DNA of 64,000 nt from an uncultured Hydrogenophaga sp. (lineage in GTDB: Bacteria; Pseudomonadota; Gammaproteobacteria; Burkholderiales; Burkholderiaceae_C): NCBI GenBank assembly GCA_964650505.1, contig CAZYUD010000009.1, forward strand, positions 10,335 through 74,334, in the 5' to 3' direction. The translations under genes were made by a program, and so were the position numbers. Below the pieces are notes generated by a model. It was given only the letters and a program-made list of their open reading frames with translations. It had not been told where the DNA came from and made no database searches. The stretch's first letter is position 1. The number at the start of each line of letters is the position of its first letter. Positions 31,302 through 39,787 of the stretch are shown here, one piece after another.

Positions 31302-32699
31302 TCAGACGGTGATGGTCACGCCGCGCAGTTGCGCGAGCTGGCGGATGAAGGCTTCGGCCGCGACCGGGGTGGGTGCCAAGCCGAAGGTCACAGCGAGGTG
31401 GATGAGGGTGGCCAGTTCGCTGGCATCAATTTCACCGTTGCTGGCGGCGCCGTCAAAGGCCAGGTTGAACGCCTGTTGCGCGCCAGCGGGTGGGGCGGCT
31501 GGGGCTGGAGCTGCCGCCGGCGCGGCGGCTGGGCTGTTGACCGGGGGCTGTGAGCCCGGTGGCAGGCGGCGCTGGTATTCGCTGAGGATCTGCGGTTCGG
31601 CGTCGGCGGGGAAGGACACGCCTTCGGCGTCGTCGGTGCTGCGGATCAGCAGCTGGCCCAGGGCTTGGCCTTTGGAAATGGCGGTGAGTGCCACTTGGCG
31701 GGCGGAGTAGGGGCCTTGTTCGCCGCGTTCGGTGACCACAAAAAACGCCACTTGGCTGCTGAGCACACCGGCCGGGCGCGCGGGCGGGGCGCTGCGCTGC
31801 GGGGGGCGGCTGATGCCGGTGAGATTACCGCCCAAGTTCATGCCGCCCAAGATGAGCGGGCCGTTGCCCGATTCGAGGCCTTTGCCCAGGCCTTCGAGCG
31901 CGGAGCGCTGGGCCTGGATCATGTTGAATTCGGCAAAACCGTCGTTGGTGGCAAGCTGCATGCCTTTGGCTTGCAGCGCGAGTTGGGCTTCTTGTTTGCC
32001 GAATTCGCGCAGCAGGGCAAAGCTGGCCTCGTCCAGCGCCAGCGCCATGTCGAACACACGACCGATGTCGATGCCCAGCGGCACAAATTCGCTGCGGGCG
32101 AGGGTTTTGACGTCTTCGCTCAGTGCCTCGGCGTCGACGTTGGACACCACGTTGAGGATGGGCATGCGCTGGGCGCGCTGGCCCACAGCGGCGCGCAGCT
32201 GATTGAACATGCGGCCGTTGAAGGCGGTTTCGATGTTCGACTCCGACCCCGCATGTTGGCCGCCCAGTTCAATGACCAGGCGCGCCGGGTCGGTCACCTT
32301 GACGGTGTACGACAAGCTGCCGCGCATGGCGACCACGTTGGCGGAGTTCAGGTCTTTGTATTGCCCCAGTTCGGTGCGCGGGGCGTCGAAGCGCTTTTCG
32401 CTGAGCCGAACAAAAAACACCTCACAAATGAAGTGGTTGGCGTCGGTGAACTTGTCGATCAGCAGGTGACCGAGGAAGGGAATGTTGGCGGTGTCGAGCT
32501 GGACGGTGGTGCCCGGGTTGATCTTGCCGATGTACTTGCCTTCGCGAAAGAAAAGCACACATTCGTCGCTGCGTACAGTGAGTTTGGTGCCGCGCGGAAT
32601 CGATTTGTCGGGATGCAAGTAGATGAGGTCGTCCGCCCGATCGGCCGGACGGGCCACGTACATCGATTTTGTTTCTTTGCTGAACCAGCCTAAAACCAT
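31302..32699 (-). CDS. Gene E: YdjI/COG4260-like SPFH (band-7) family protein with C-terminal extensions (465 aa)
   Basis: The N-terminal ~260 aa align with B. subtilis YdjI (DDLIYLHPDKSIPRGTKLTVRSDECVLFFREGKY...ANIPFL). A GYF/DUF4339-like block then follows (FFVVTERGEQGPYSARQVALTAISKGQALGQLLIRS). A Pro/Ala linker and a small C-terminal helical domain complete the protein. An SD GAGGA lies upstream. Confidence 0.6.
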   Translation of the reverse strand: MVLGWFSKETKSMYVARPADRADDLIYLHPDKSIPRGTKLTVRSDECVLFFREGKYIGKINPGTTVQLDTANIPFLGHLLIDKFTDANHFICEVFFVRLSEKRFDAPRTELGQYKDLNSANVVAMRGSLSYTVKVTDPARLVIELGGQHAGSESNIETAFNGRMFNQLRAAVGQRAQRMPILNVVSNVDAEALSEDVKTLARSEFVPLGIDIGRVFDMALALDEASFALLREFGKQEAQLALQAKGMQLATNDGFAEFNMIQAQRSALEGLGKGLESGNGPLILGGMNLGGNLTGISRPPQRSAPPARPAGVLSSQVAFFVVTERGEQGPYSARQVALTAISKGQALGQLLIRSTDDAEGVSFPADAEPQILSEYQRRLPPGSQPPVNSPAAAPAAAPAPAAPPAGAQQAFNLAFDGAASNGEIDASELATLIHLAVTFGLAPTPVAAEAFIRQLAQLRGVTITV

Positions 32700-32714
32700 G
32701 GTGTCCTCAGTGGG

Positions 32715-33140
32715 TCATTGCCCGTTGGTGGGATCTTCGTAGGTGCGGCGGTCGCTGGCTTTGGGCAAGGGCGCGGCGCTGCGCCCGGCCAACAGCGGCA
32801 GGGCGACGGTGAGCAGCAGCGACAGGCCAACGACACCCCACACTGGTGTGGGCACGTCGTTGACCTGGGCGATGTCGCCGCCATAGACCACAAACATGCC
32901 GATGGTGGTGACGACCGTGACCAGCAAGGACACGATGTTGAGCCCCAGAGTGACGGCGCCATAGGTGAAATCGTCGGCGCGCAGGAGCTGGAACAGCGGG
33001 CCTTGCCAAACCACCACATACACATGCGCCAGCATCACGCCGAGCAGCGCCAAGTTGCCCGGCAGCTGCAGCGACGGCCAACCACACAGCAGCCACAGCA
33101 GCGGTGGCAGCACCAGGGTGAAGATCAGTCGGGTCATCAT
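32715..33140 (-). CDS. Gene D: small 4-TM membrane protein (141 aa)
   Basis: Four hydrophobic helices with no motifs. It overlaps the gene C stop by 4 nt (ATGA), indicating translational coupling. Confidence 0.55.
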   Translation of the reverse strand: MMTRLIFTLVLPPLLWLLCGWPSLQLPGNLALLGVMLAHVYVVVWQGPLFQLLRADDFTYGAVTLGLNIVSLLVTVVTTIGMFVVYGGDIAQVNDVPTPVWGVVGLSLLLTVALPLLAGRSAAPLPKASDRRTYEDPTNGQ

Positions 33141-34132
33141 GCGGTGTGGCAGACGGTTTGCAGAATCCAGCGCTCTTCGTCGGTGAGCGGCGCCAGGGCC
33201 TTGTCGAGCTGCTGGCGGCGGATGTTGGGCGCGTAGTGTTCAAACTCGAAGCCACATTTGAGCATTTGGGTCAGGCTGTTGACCGCTTCGCTGATTTTGG
33301 AAATGTCGCTGATGCGCCCGCCAATCGACAGCACCCATTTCTGCACCTGGCCTTGGTGCTCTTCGTCGAGCGCGGGGTTGGCCAAGGTGGTGGCGCGTAC
33401 CCAGTCGGTTTGCGGGTAGAGGCGGGCGTAGGCGGGGTACTTCACATCGGGTTGTTGCAGCCGGTTCATCAGCCCCCGGCCGTGGCGGATGGCGGGGTAA
33501 TACCGCACATCGGCATCCAACACGGTGCTTGGCGCGGTTTCCATGGGCGCAAACACTGGGGCGTTGAGGCTTTCACCCAGGCTGTGCAGCATGACGCAGT
33601 GGCCCTCAAAGGTGACGTCTCGGCTGGCGTAGCCGCCAATCGTGCTCATGCGCACCTTGAGGCTTTCGTCGACCAAGCAGGTGCCCAGCACCAGCGAGTT
33701 TTCCAGCACACAGTGGGTAGCGCGGATGCTGCCAAACACGATGGCGTTGCGCAGGTAGACGCCTTGGTTGACGGCGATGTCGCCTTTGACAATCACACGC
33801 GCGGCGTCCATGCCGTCTTGCAGACCGGGCAGGGGTTGCAGCGGGTCGTAGCGGCAGTTGAGAGAGCCGTTGATGGTGATGCCCGAGTCGAGCTGGATGC
33901 GGTGGGCGCCGGGGTTGAGCACTGTGTCGCCGCGCGAGACCACCGGGCCTTGCACATGCACATTGCCACGCAGCTCCAACGAGCGGCCATAGACCGAGCC
34001 GCCAATGCGCACCGCTTGTTCGCTGCCGTCGATGAGCACCGGAAACACCAGCTCGCGTTCGCTGGTGGGGAACACACTGCCGGCCACCGATCGGTTGACC
34101 ACCACGTTGCTGCCTTCTTGTTGCACGGCCAT
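33137..34132 (-). CDS. Gene C: bactofilin-like beta-helix repeat protein (331 aa)
   Basis: Residues ~10-190 show beta-helix periodicity rich in G/V/I/S (VVVNRSVAGSVF...VRIGGSVYGRSLELRGNVHVQGPVVSRGDTVLNPGAHRIQLDSGITINGSL). This resembles bactofilin/DUF583 or Toastrack-type folds. The C-terminal 140 aa are unassigned. Confidence 0.5.
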   Translation of the reverse strand: MAVQQEGSNVVVNRSVAGSVFPTSERELVFPVLIDGSEQAVRIGGSVYGRSLELRGNVHVQGPVVSRGDTVLNPGAHRIQLDSGITINGSLNCRYDPLQPLPGLQDGMDAARVIVKGDIAVNQGVYLRNAIVFGSIRATHCVLENSLVLGTCLVDESLKVRMSTIGGYASRDVTFEGHCVMLHSLGESLNAPVFAPMETAPSTVLDADVRYYPAIRHGRGLMNRLQQPDVKYPAYARLYPQTDWVRATTLANPALDEEHQGQVQKWVLSIGGRISDISKISEAVNSLTQMLKCGFEFEHYAPNIRRQQLDKALAPLTDEERWILQTVCHTA

Positions 34133-34134
34133 GC

Positions 34135-35241
34135 TTATTTCTCCAGAACGCTGAGCTTGCCCGAGCCCAGGAAGTCTTCAAACAGTGCGCGGGCGTCGGA
34201 CGAGATGAGGTTTTTTTGCAGCAGCGATGCGGCCGCTTTGCCCAAGCGCACCACCTCGTCGGGCTTGAGCGCACGGTGGCTGTGCTTGGGCACCTGTTGG
34301 GCGACGCGCTGCTGCGCCGCCTTGCCGTGAAAGACGGCCAAGCTGTTGTCGGCCACCTGCAGCGACACCGGCTGATCGCCCTGCACCCGCAGCGCAGCGT
34401 GGCCACTGAGCACGGTCAGGTCTTTGCCAGACGACACCGCCAGGCCTTGCACACACAGTGTGTCGGCGCTGCGCCGGCGCGCCAGGCCAGAATCCTTGTA
34501 CGCCTTGAGGGTCTGGTCGAGTGCGTCGAGCGAGTGGACCACCTCGTCGAGCCGGCTGGTTTTGAGCAGCTTGAGGGTTTCGTCGAGGTTGGCCGAGCGC
34601 GCAGAGAGGCGCTTGAGGTCCATTTCAATCGGCAGGCTGTGCGCGTCTTCGTAGGGCACACGCGCGGCCTTGAAGGCGGGAGCGTTGTCTTCGAGCTTGA
34701 TGCGGAAGATGTGCTCGCCAATCGTGCGCAGCTTGTTTTGGTAGTCGTCGGTGATTTTCTGGAAGTTCTGGTTGTACAGCTCGTAGTTCAGCCCCACGCC
34801 CACCAGCGAGCGGTCGTAGCGGCTTCGAATGTCTTGGAAAAACGCTTCGAGCTTGCCTTTGAGGCCAGTGGCATCGGCCACTTTTTTGCCCACTTCAATT
34901 TGCAGGCTCGATTCGGTTTGCACCTCAATGCGTCCACGGGTGGCCTGAAAGTCTGCCTCGATTTGCTGTTTGGTGCGTTCCAGCATGGCGGTGGTGGCCG
35001 CCACCCCGCCAACAACTGCCACCGTCTGTTTGTTGATGGCGCCGACGATCATTTCACCGACTTCTCTCATTTCGTCCTCCAATCTCTGGATTTCGCTTTC
35101 GACCCAGCGCCGCAGGTCGCGGATTTCACCGCGCATTTCGCTGCGCACGCTGTTGATTTCGCCCCGCATTTCCGAGCGCAGGGAGCTAATGGCGCTGTTG
35201 AGTTCCGCGTACGAGATGCCTGATGGGGCCTGTGTGGACAT
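34135..35241 (-). CDS. Gene B: helical/coiled-coil protein with an N-terminal tandem repeat (368 aa)
   Basis: SLRSEMRGEINSVRSEMRGEIRDLRRW is a near-exact 10-aa tandem repeat (SEMRGEIxxx). A heptad-like charge pattern runs throughout. It stops 2 nt before the gene C start. An SD GAGGAG lies upstream. Confidence 0.55.
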   Translation of the reverse strand: MSTQAPSGISYAELNSAISSLRSEMRGEINSVRSEMRGEIRDLRRWVESEIQRLEDEMREVGEMIVGAINKQTVAVVGGVAATTAMLERTKQQIEADFQATRGRIEVQTESSLQIEVGKKVADATGLKGKLEAFFQDIRSRYDRSLVGVGLNYELYNQNFQKITDDYQNKLRTIGEHIFRIKLEDNAPAFKAARVPYEDAHSLPIEMDLKRLSARSANLDETLKLLKTSRLDEVVHSLDALDQTLKAYKDSGLARRRSADTLCVQGLAVSSGKDLTVLSGHAALRVQGDQPVSLQVADNSLAVFHGKAAQQRVAQQVPKHSHRALKPDEVVRLGKAAASLLQKNLISSDARALFEDFLGSGKLSVLEK

Positions 35242-35254
35242 GGCGGCTCCTCGG

Positions 35255-37348
35255 TCACTGGTTGAGCAGGCGCGGCTGCTGGGCGCCAGCGTAGGGCAGC
35301 AGCGCGTCGGGCTCGCGAATCAGGTCAATCGGGTCGTGCACCGAGCCCCGGTTGGCGGCCTGTGTTTGCGGCATGCCGCTGAGCAGGGTTTCAAATTTCT
35401 CTGCCGTGGTGAGGGTGGAGTCGCCCATCACCAGTTTTTGCAGTTTGTCGTCCGACACGGCCTCGGCGGCGCGCTCGGACATCAAGCCCAGCGCGCTCAT
35501 GCTGTCGCGGAAAGACAGGATTTCGGCGTATTTGGACTTGAGGTCGGATTCGAGCAGGTAGACGTTTTCACGCACCGCCCGCATGTCGGCGCGGAACTGG
35601 TTGGCGATGTCGATGAGCTTTTCCGATTCCTTCTCGGTCATGCGGCGCATTTCCTCGTTGGTGCGGAACAGCTCGGATTTGCGGAAATCGGCCTTCTCGG
35701 TCCACAGGTGTTCCCACAGCGGGATCATGAGATCGGAATAGGCCTTGACCACGCTGCCAAAGCGGATGGCGTCGGCGGTGCTGTAGACATAAGGCGTGGT
35801 GTTGGACGACCACTCTTGGTTGTCCGGGTCGTAATAGAGCTGGGCTTCGGTGGAGAAGTTGAGCACCGGATAGGCCGAGCCGGTCATCACCTTTTGCAGC
35901 ACATGGCCAAAGTGTTTCACCGCTTCGTCGAACTGCGATTCGATGTGGCGCGGGCGTTGGCCCACGTCCAGGCGGCGGCCTTCGGCGTCGAACTGAGCGC
36001 CTTCCATGAACTGCTGCACCGCGTCGTAGCTCTGGGCCAGCTGCTCTTCCAAATCGGGTTTGGACTGCAGGCGTTTGTGGATTTCCACATCGTCGTGCAA
36101 TCGGGTGATGAGGTCGTCAAACGACAGCAAATAGGCTTTGGAAGCCTTGATGCCCAGCAGTTCTTCAATGTAGGCACTCGATTGGATGGTGCGCGGGCAA
36201 TACACCCGGCGGCTGCACCAGGCGGCGCTGCCCAGCACATCGAGCAGGTTGGTGTGCAGGGTGTTGACCGAGGCCACCCGGGCTTGGGCGTAGAGCGCAC
36301 ACACCCGGTCGAGGTTGTTGAACACCTCGTTGAGTTCGGCAAAGATGGCCAGCCCGCGTTCGCGGTTGCTGTTGACCCGGTCGACAAACGCCGAGATCGC
36401 CTTGGGGTCGAGCTGGCTGCTCATGTGCACACGCGGACCGGCGTCGGCGCTGGGCAGCGACGCGCTCGCAGCGCGCTCCACCAGCAGGCTGTTTTTGGGC
36501 ACCAAGGGCAGGGTGAGGTCGATGTCGCGCAGCTTGCCCAGGCTCAAGGTGAATTGGCCCACCAGTTGCTGCAAATCGCTTTCTTCGCCAAACAGTTCGT
36601 GCACCGGGTCGTCGCTGTGTGCGTGCTCCTCGGGCGTGAGCAGCGGCGGCACCTGCAGCAGCGCCTGCACCTTGTCGGAGATGTGGGACAGGCCTTCTTC
36701 CATGGCCGACACATCGATGGCCTTGAGCTTGACCGGGGCGTGCGACTCTGAGAGGTCGAGCAGCACCTGGTGGCCCGACACCTCGGCGCTGCGCAAAGCA
36801 AAGTCGATGGGCGTGACCTTGGTGTCGGGGAAACCCACCGCGCGGCTTTTTAACTCGGTCTTGAGTTCCTCGATGCGGCGGCTGTTGTGTTGGCAGGCGC
36901 TGTCGGCGCTGGCCAGCGCAGCGTCGGCCTGGGCCAAGGCTTGTGAGAGCTCGGCCTTGATGGCGTTGGCGGCTTTTTTGGCGGTGCTGAAAGCCCAAGC
37001 AACCAGCACCGCCAGCACCACCACAGCGGTGATGGCGCCCATGAACCACCAGCCCAGCAGCGCGCCGGTCACGGCGGCCACCGCTTGGCCGATGGCCGCG
37101 CCGTTGAACACACGGTCTTGTGCGGTGGCCAGCGCTTCGCTGGCGGTTTTTTGCGCCTTGCGGGCTTGATCGAGTGTGGACTGCAAGCCGGGTTGCTGGC
37201 GCTCGGCGGCCTCGATGTCGCCGCGCAAGTCTTCGCCGCGCCGCCATGCGGCCAGCATAGGCATCAGGTGGTGAATCACGCCAAGCACCACCGTCTCATC
37301 TGCGCTGTCGACGTTTTCAATGGGTTTGGCCAAGGCCAATTGGGACAT
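35255..37348 (-). CDS. Gene A: large single-TM protein of unknown function (698 aa)
   Basis: The start was set at the ATG preceded by GGAGG. One TM helix (LLGWWFMGAITAVVVLAVLVAWAF) follows at ~aa 100-125. A ~570-aa soluble domain follows with no P-loop or known catalytic motif. It is the first gene of the operon. Confidence 0.55.
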   Translation of the reverse strand: MSQLALAKPIENVDSADETVVLGVIHHLMPMLAAWRRGEDLRGDIEAAERQQPGLQSTLDQARKAQKTASEALATAQDRVFNGAAIGQAVAAVTGALLGWWFMGAITAVVVLAVLVAWAFSTAKKAANAIKAELSQALAQADAALASADSACQHNSRRIEELKTELKSRAVGFPDTKVTPIDFALRSAEVSGHQVLLDLSESHAPVKLKAIDVSAMEEGLSHISDKVQALLQVPPLLTPEEHAHSDDPVHELFGEESDLQQLVGQFTLSLGKLRDIDLTLPLVPKNSLLVERAASASLPSADAGPRVHMSSQLDPKAISAFVDRVNSNRERGLAIFAELNEVFNNLDRVCALYAQARVASVNTLHTNLLDVLGSAAWCSRRVYCPRTIQSSAYIEELLGIKASKAYLLSFDDLITRLHDDVEIHKRLQSKPDLEEQLAQSYDAVQQFMEGAQFDAEGRRLDVGQRPRHIESQFDEAVKHFGHVLQKVMTGSAYPVLNFSTEAQLYYDPDNQEWSSNTTPYVYSTADAIRFGSVVKAYSDLMIPLWEHLWTEKADFRKSELFRTNEEMRRMTEKESEKLIDIANQFRADMRAVRENVYLLESDLKSKYAEILSFRDSMSALGLMSERAAEAVSDDKLQKLVMGDSTLTTAEKFETLLSGMPQTQAANRGSVHDPIDLIREPDALLPYAGAQQPRLLNQ

Positions 37349-37360
37349 GTGGGGACCTCC

Positions 37361-37440
37361 TAAAGCGGTCAAAAATCCAATGAAATCTATCAATTGTTAT
37401 TTTTTATTGTCAAAAATTCCAATAAACCCAGGCAGACCAT
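37361..37440 (-). promoter_or_regulatory. AT-rich promoter region of the six-gene operon with a direct repeat
   Basis: ~30% GC. GTCAAAAATCCAAT at 37368-37381 is repeated as GTCAAAAATTCCAAT at 37410-37424. It lies immediately upstream of gene A. Confidence 0.45.
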
Positions 37441-37645
37441 CAAGAATGTCAGTCGTAGGTGCTGCAAAGCGCTGCATTCGGCAGGCACAACTCATGCCAT
37501 AGCGTTCCTTGTGTGCGGCGCTTGGTGAAAACCCCAGACATGCGGGCGACAGCGGCGTATTGGCGCGGCCCACAAACTTCCTAGAATGGCTTTTGAAAAC
37601 GAACGACCGTTCTTTTATCTGGCAACCGCATTCAAGGAGAGTGGA

Positions 37646-39754
37646 ATGACCGCGACTTACCAGGCGCACGGCGATGTGGCCGTGATCACGCTGGACAACC
37701 CGCCCGTCAACGGTTTGGGTTACGACACCCGGCGCGCGCTGACCGATGGGTTGGCGCGTGCGCAGGCCGATGCGGCCATCCGCGCGGTGGTGATCACCGG
37801 CGCTGGCAAGGCGTTTTCGGGTGGCGCGGACATCCGCGAATTTGGCACCCCGAAAGCGCTGCAAGAGCCCAATTTGTTGTCGGTGATCTTGGCGGTGGAG
37901 CATTGCAGCAAGCCGGTGGTGGCCGCCATGCACACGGTGTGTATGGGCGGTGGGCTGGAGCTGGCGCTGGGCGCGCATTACCGCATCGCCGCTCCTGGCT
38001 GCAAGGTGGCGCTGCCGGAAGTGAAGCTCGGCTTGATTCCCGGCGCCGGCGGCACGCAGCGTTTGCCGCGTGTGCTGGGGGTGGAGGCGGCGCTGAACAT
38101 GATTGTCAGCGGCGAGCCGGTCAACAGCGAGATGTTGGCCCAGCTGCCGGGGCAAAAGCTGTTCGACAAGCTGGCCGCATCGGCCGAGTCGCTGGCCGAC
38201 GAAGCCTTGGCCTTGGCGCGCGAGGTGGCCGCCAAGCACGCCGACGGCAGCGCCTTGCCGCTGGTGCGTCACCTGCCGTGCAAGCACCCGCAGGGCGACG
38301 CCTATTTCCAGTTTGCGCGCAACATGGTCAAAGGCATGGCCAAACACTTTCCAGCGCCGGCCAAGTGTGTGGACGCGGTGGAAGCGGCCACCAAAAAGAA
38401 GTTCGCCGACGGCATGCTGTTGGAGCGCGAGATCTTCATCAACCTGATGTGGACACCCGAGTGCCGTTCGCTGCGCCACCTGTTCACGGCAGAGCGCGCC
38501 GCCAGCAAAATCCCGGACGTGCCGGAAGGCACCGTGCAGCGCCCCATCGCCAAGGTGGCGGTGATTGGCGCGGGCACCATGGGCGGCGGCATCAGCATGA
38601 ATTTCTTGAACGCGGGCATTCCGGTGACGATTCTGGAAACCAGCCAAGAGGCACTGGACCGTGGCATCGGCGTGATGCGCAAGAACTACGAAGCGCAGGT
38701 GAAAAAAGGCAAGCTCAAGCAAGACAAGTACGAGCAGCGCATGGCCTTGCTGAGCACCACGCTGAGCTACGAAGGCATTGCCGACGCCGACTTGGTGATT
38801 GAGGCGGTGTTTGAAGAAATTGGCGTGAAAGAAAAGGTGTTTCGCCAGCTCGACGCGGTGATGAAGCCCGGCGCGATTTTGGCGAGCAACACCTCCACGC
38901 TCGACCTCAACACCATCGCCAGCTTCACCCAGCGCCCGCAAGACGTGGTGGGCCTGCACTTTTTCAGCCCAGCCAATGTGATGAAGCTGCTGGAGGTGGT
39001 GCGCGGTGCCCACACCGCCAAGGACGTGATGGCCACGGTGATGACCGTGGCCAAGAAGATCAAAAAGGTCGCGGTGGTCTCGGGCGTGTGCGACGGCTTT
39101 ATTGGCAACCGCATGATCGAGCAGTACGCGCGCCAAGCGGGCTTTTTGCTCGACGAGGGCTGCACCCCTGAGCAGGTGGACAAAGCGATTGAAAAGTTTG
39201 GTTTTGCCATGGGGCCGTTCCGCATGGGCGACTTGGCGGGCAACGACATTGGCTGGGCCATCCGCAAGCGCCGTTATCAGGAATACCCCGACATGCGTTA
39301 CAGCAAAACCGCCGACCTGCTGTGCGAACAAGGCCGCTTCGGCCAAAAGGTGGGCAAAGGCTGGTATGACTATGTGGCCGGCAAGCGCGACCCAGTGCCC
39401 AACGCCGAGGTGGTGCAGATGATCGAGGCCAACCGCAAGGCCTTGGGCATCACGCCACGCAAGATCGCCGACGAAGAGATCGTGCAGCGCTTGGTGTTCA
39501 GCCTGGTCAACGAGGCGGCGCACATTTTGGAAGAGGGCATTGCCAACAAGGCCAGCGACATCGACGGGGTCTACATCTTTGGCTACGGCTTCCCGGTGCA
39601 CCGTGGCGGCCCACTGAACTACGCCAACGAGCTGGGCTTGTTCAATGTGGTGCAGGCGATGAAACGCTTTGCCCAGAACCCGCTGGACGACGCCAAGTTC
39701 TGGCAGCCGGCGCCACTGCTGGCCCGCCTGGTGGCGGACGGAAAAACATTTTGA
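37646..39754 (+). CDS. Bifunctional enoyl-CoA hydratase / 3-hydroxyacyl-CoA dehydrogenase (FadB/FadJ-like)
   Basis: An N-terminal crotonase fold (AVITLDNPPVNGL...AFSGGADIREF). A C-terminal NAD-binding 3HCDH domain follows (VAVIGAGTMGGGIS). The SD is AAGGAGAG. Confidence 0.9.
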   Translation: MTATYQAHGDVAVITLDNPPVNGLGYDTRRALTDGLARAQADAAIRAVVITGAGKAFSGGADIREFGTPKALQEPNLLSVILAVEHCSKPVVAAMHTVCMGGGLELALGAHYRIAAPGCKVALPEVKLGLIPGAGGTQRLPRVLGVEAALNMIVSGEPVNSEMLAQLPGQKLFDKLAASAESLADEALALAREVAAKHADGSALPLVRHLPCKHPQGDAYFQFARNMVKGMAKHFPAPAKCVDAVEAATKKKFADGMLLEREIFINLMWTPECRSLRHLFTAERAASKIPDVPEGTVQRPIAKVAVIGAGTMGGGISMNFLNAGIPVTILETSQEALDRGIGVMRKNYEAQVKKGKLKQDKYEQRMALLSTTLSYEGIADADLVIEAVFEEIGVKEKVFRQLDAVMKPGAILASNTSTLDLNTIASFTQRPQDVVGLHFFSPANVMKLLEVVRGAHTAKDVMATVMTVAKKIKKVAVVSGVCDGFIGNRMIEQYARQAGFLLDEGCTPEQVDKAIEKFGFAMGPFRMGDLAGNDIGWAIRKRRYQEYPDMRYSKTADLLCEQGRFGQKVGKGWYDYVAGKRDPVPNAEVVQMIEANRKALGITPRKIADEEIVQRLVFSLVNEAAHILEEGIANKASDIDGVYIFGYGFPVHRGGPLNYANELGLFNVVQAMKRFAQNPLDDAKFWQPAPLLARLVADGKTF

Positions 39755-39787
39755 TGACCGCTTGCACAACGATTTAAGGACACCATC

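Noticed and set aside
29884-37600. tRNA-Pro-associated genomic island carrying the six-gene operon.
   Set aside because: No direct repeat of the tRNA 3' end was found at the distal border (37394-37640). No integrase was seen. GC content matches the host. I keep tRNA adjacency as context only.
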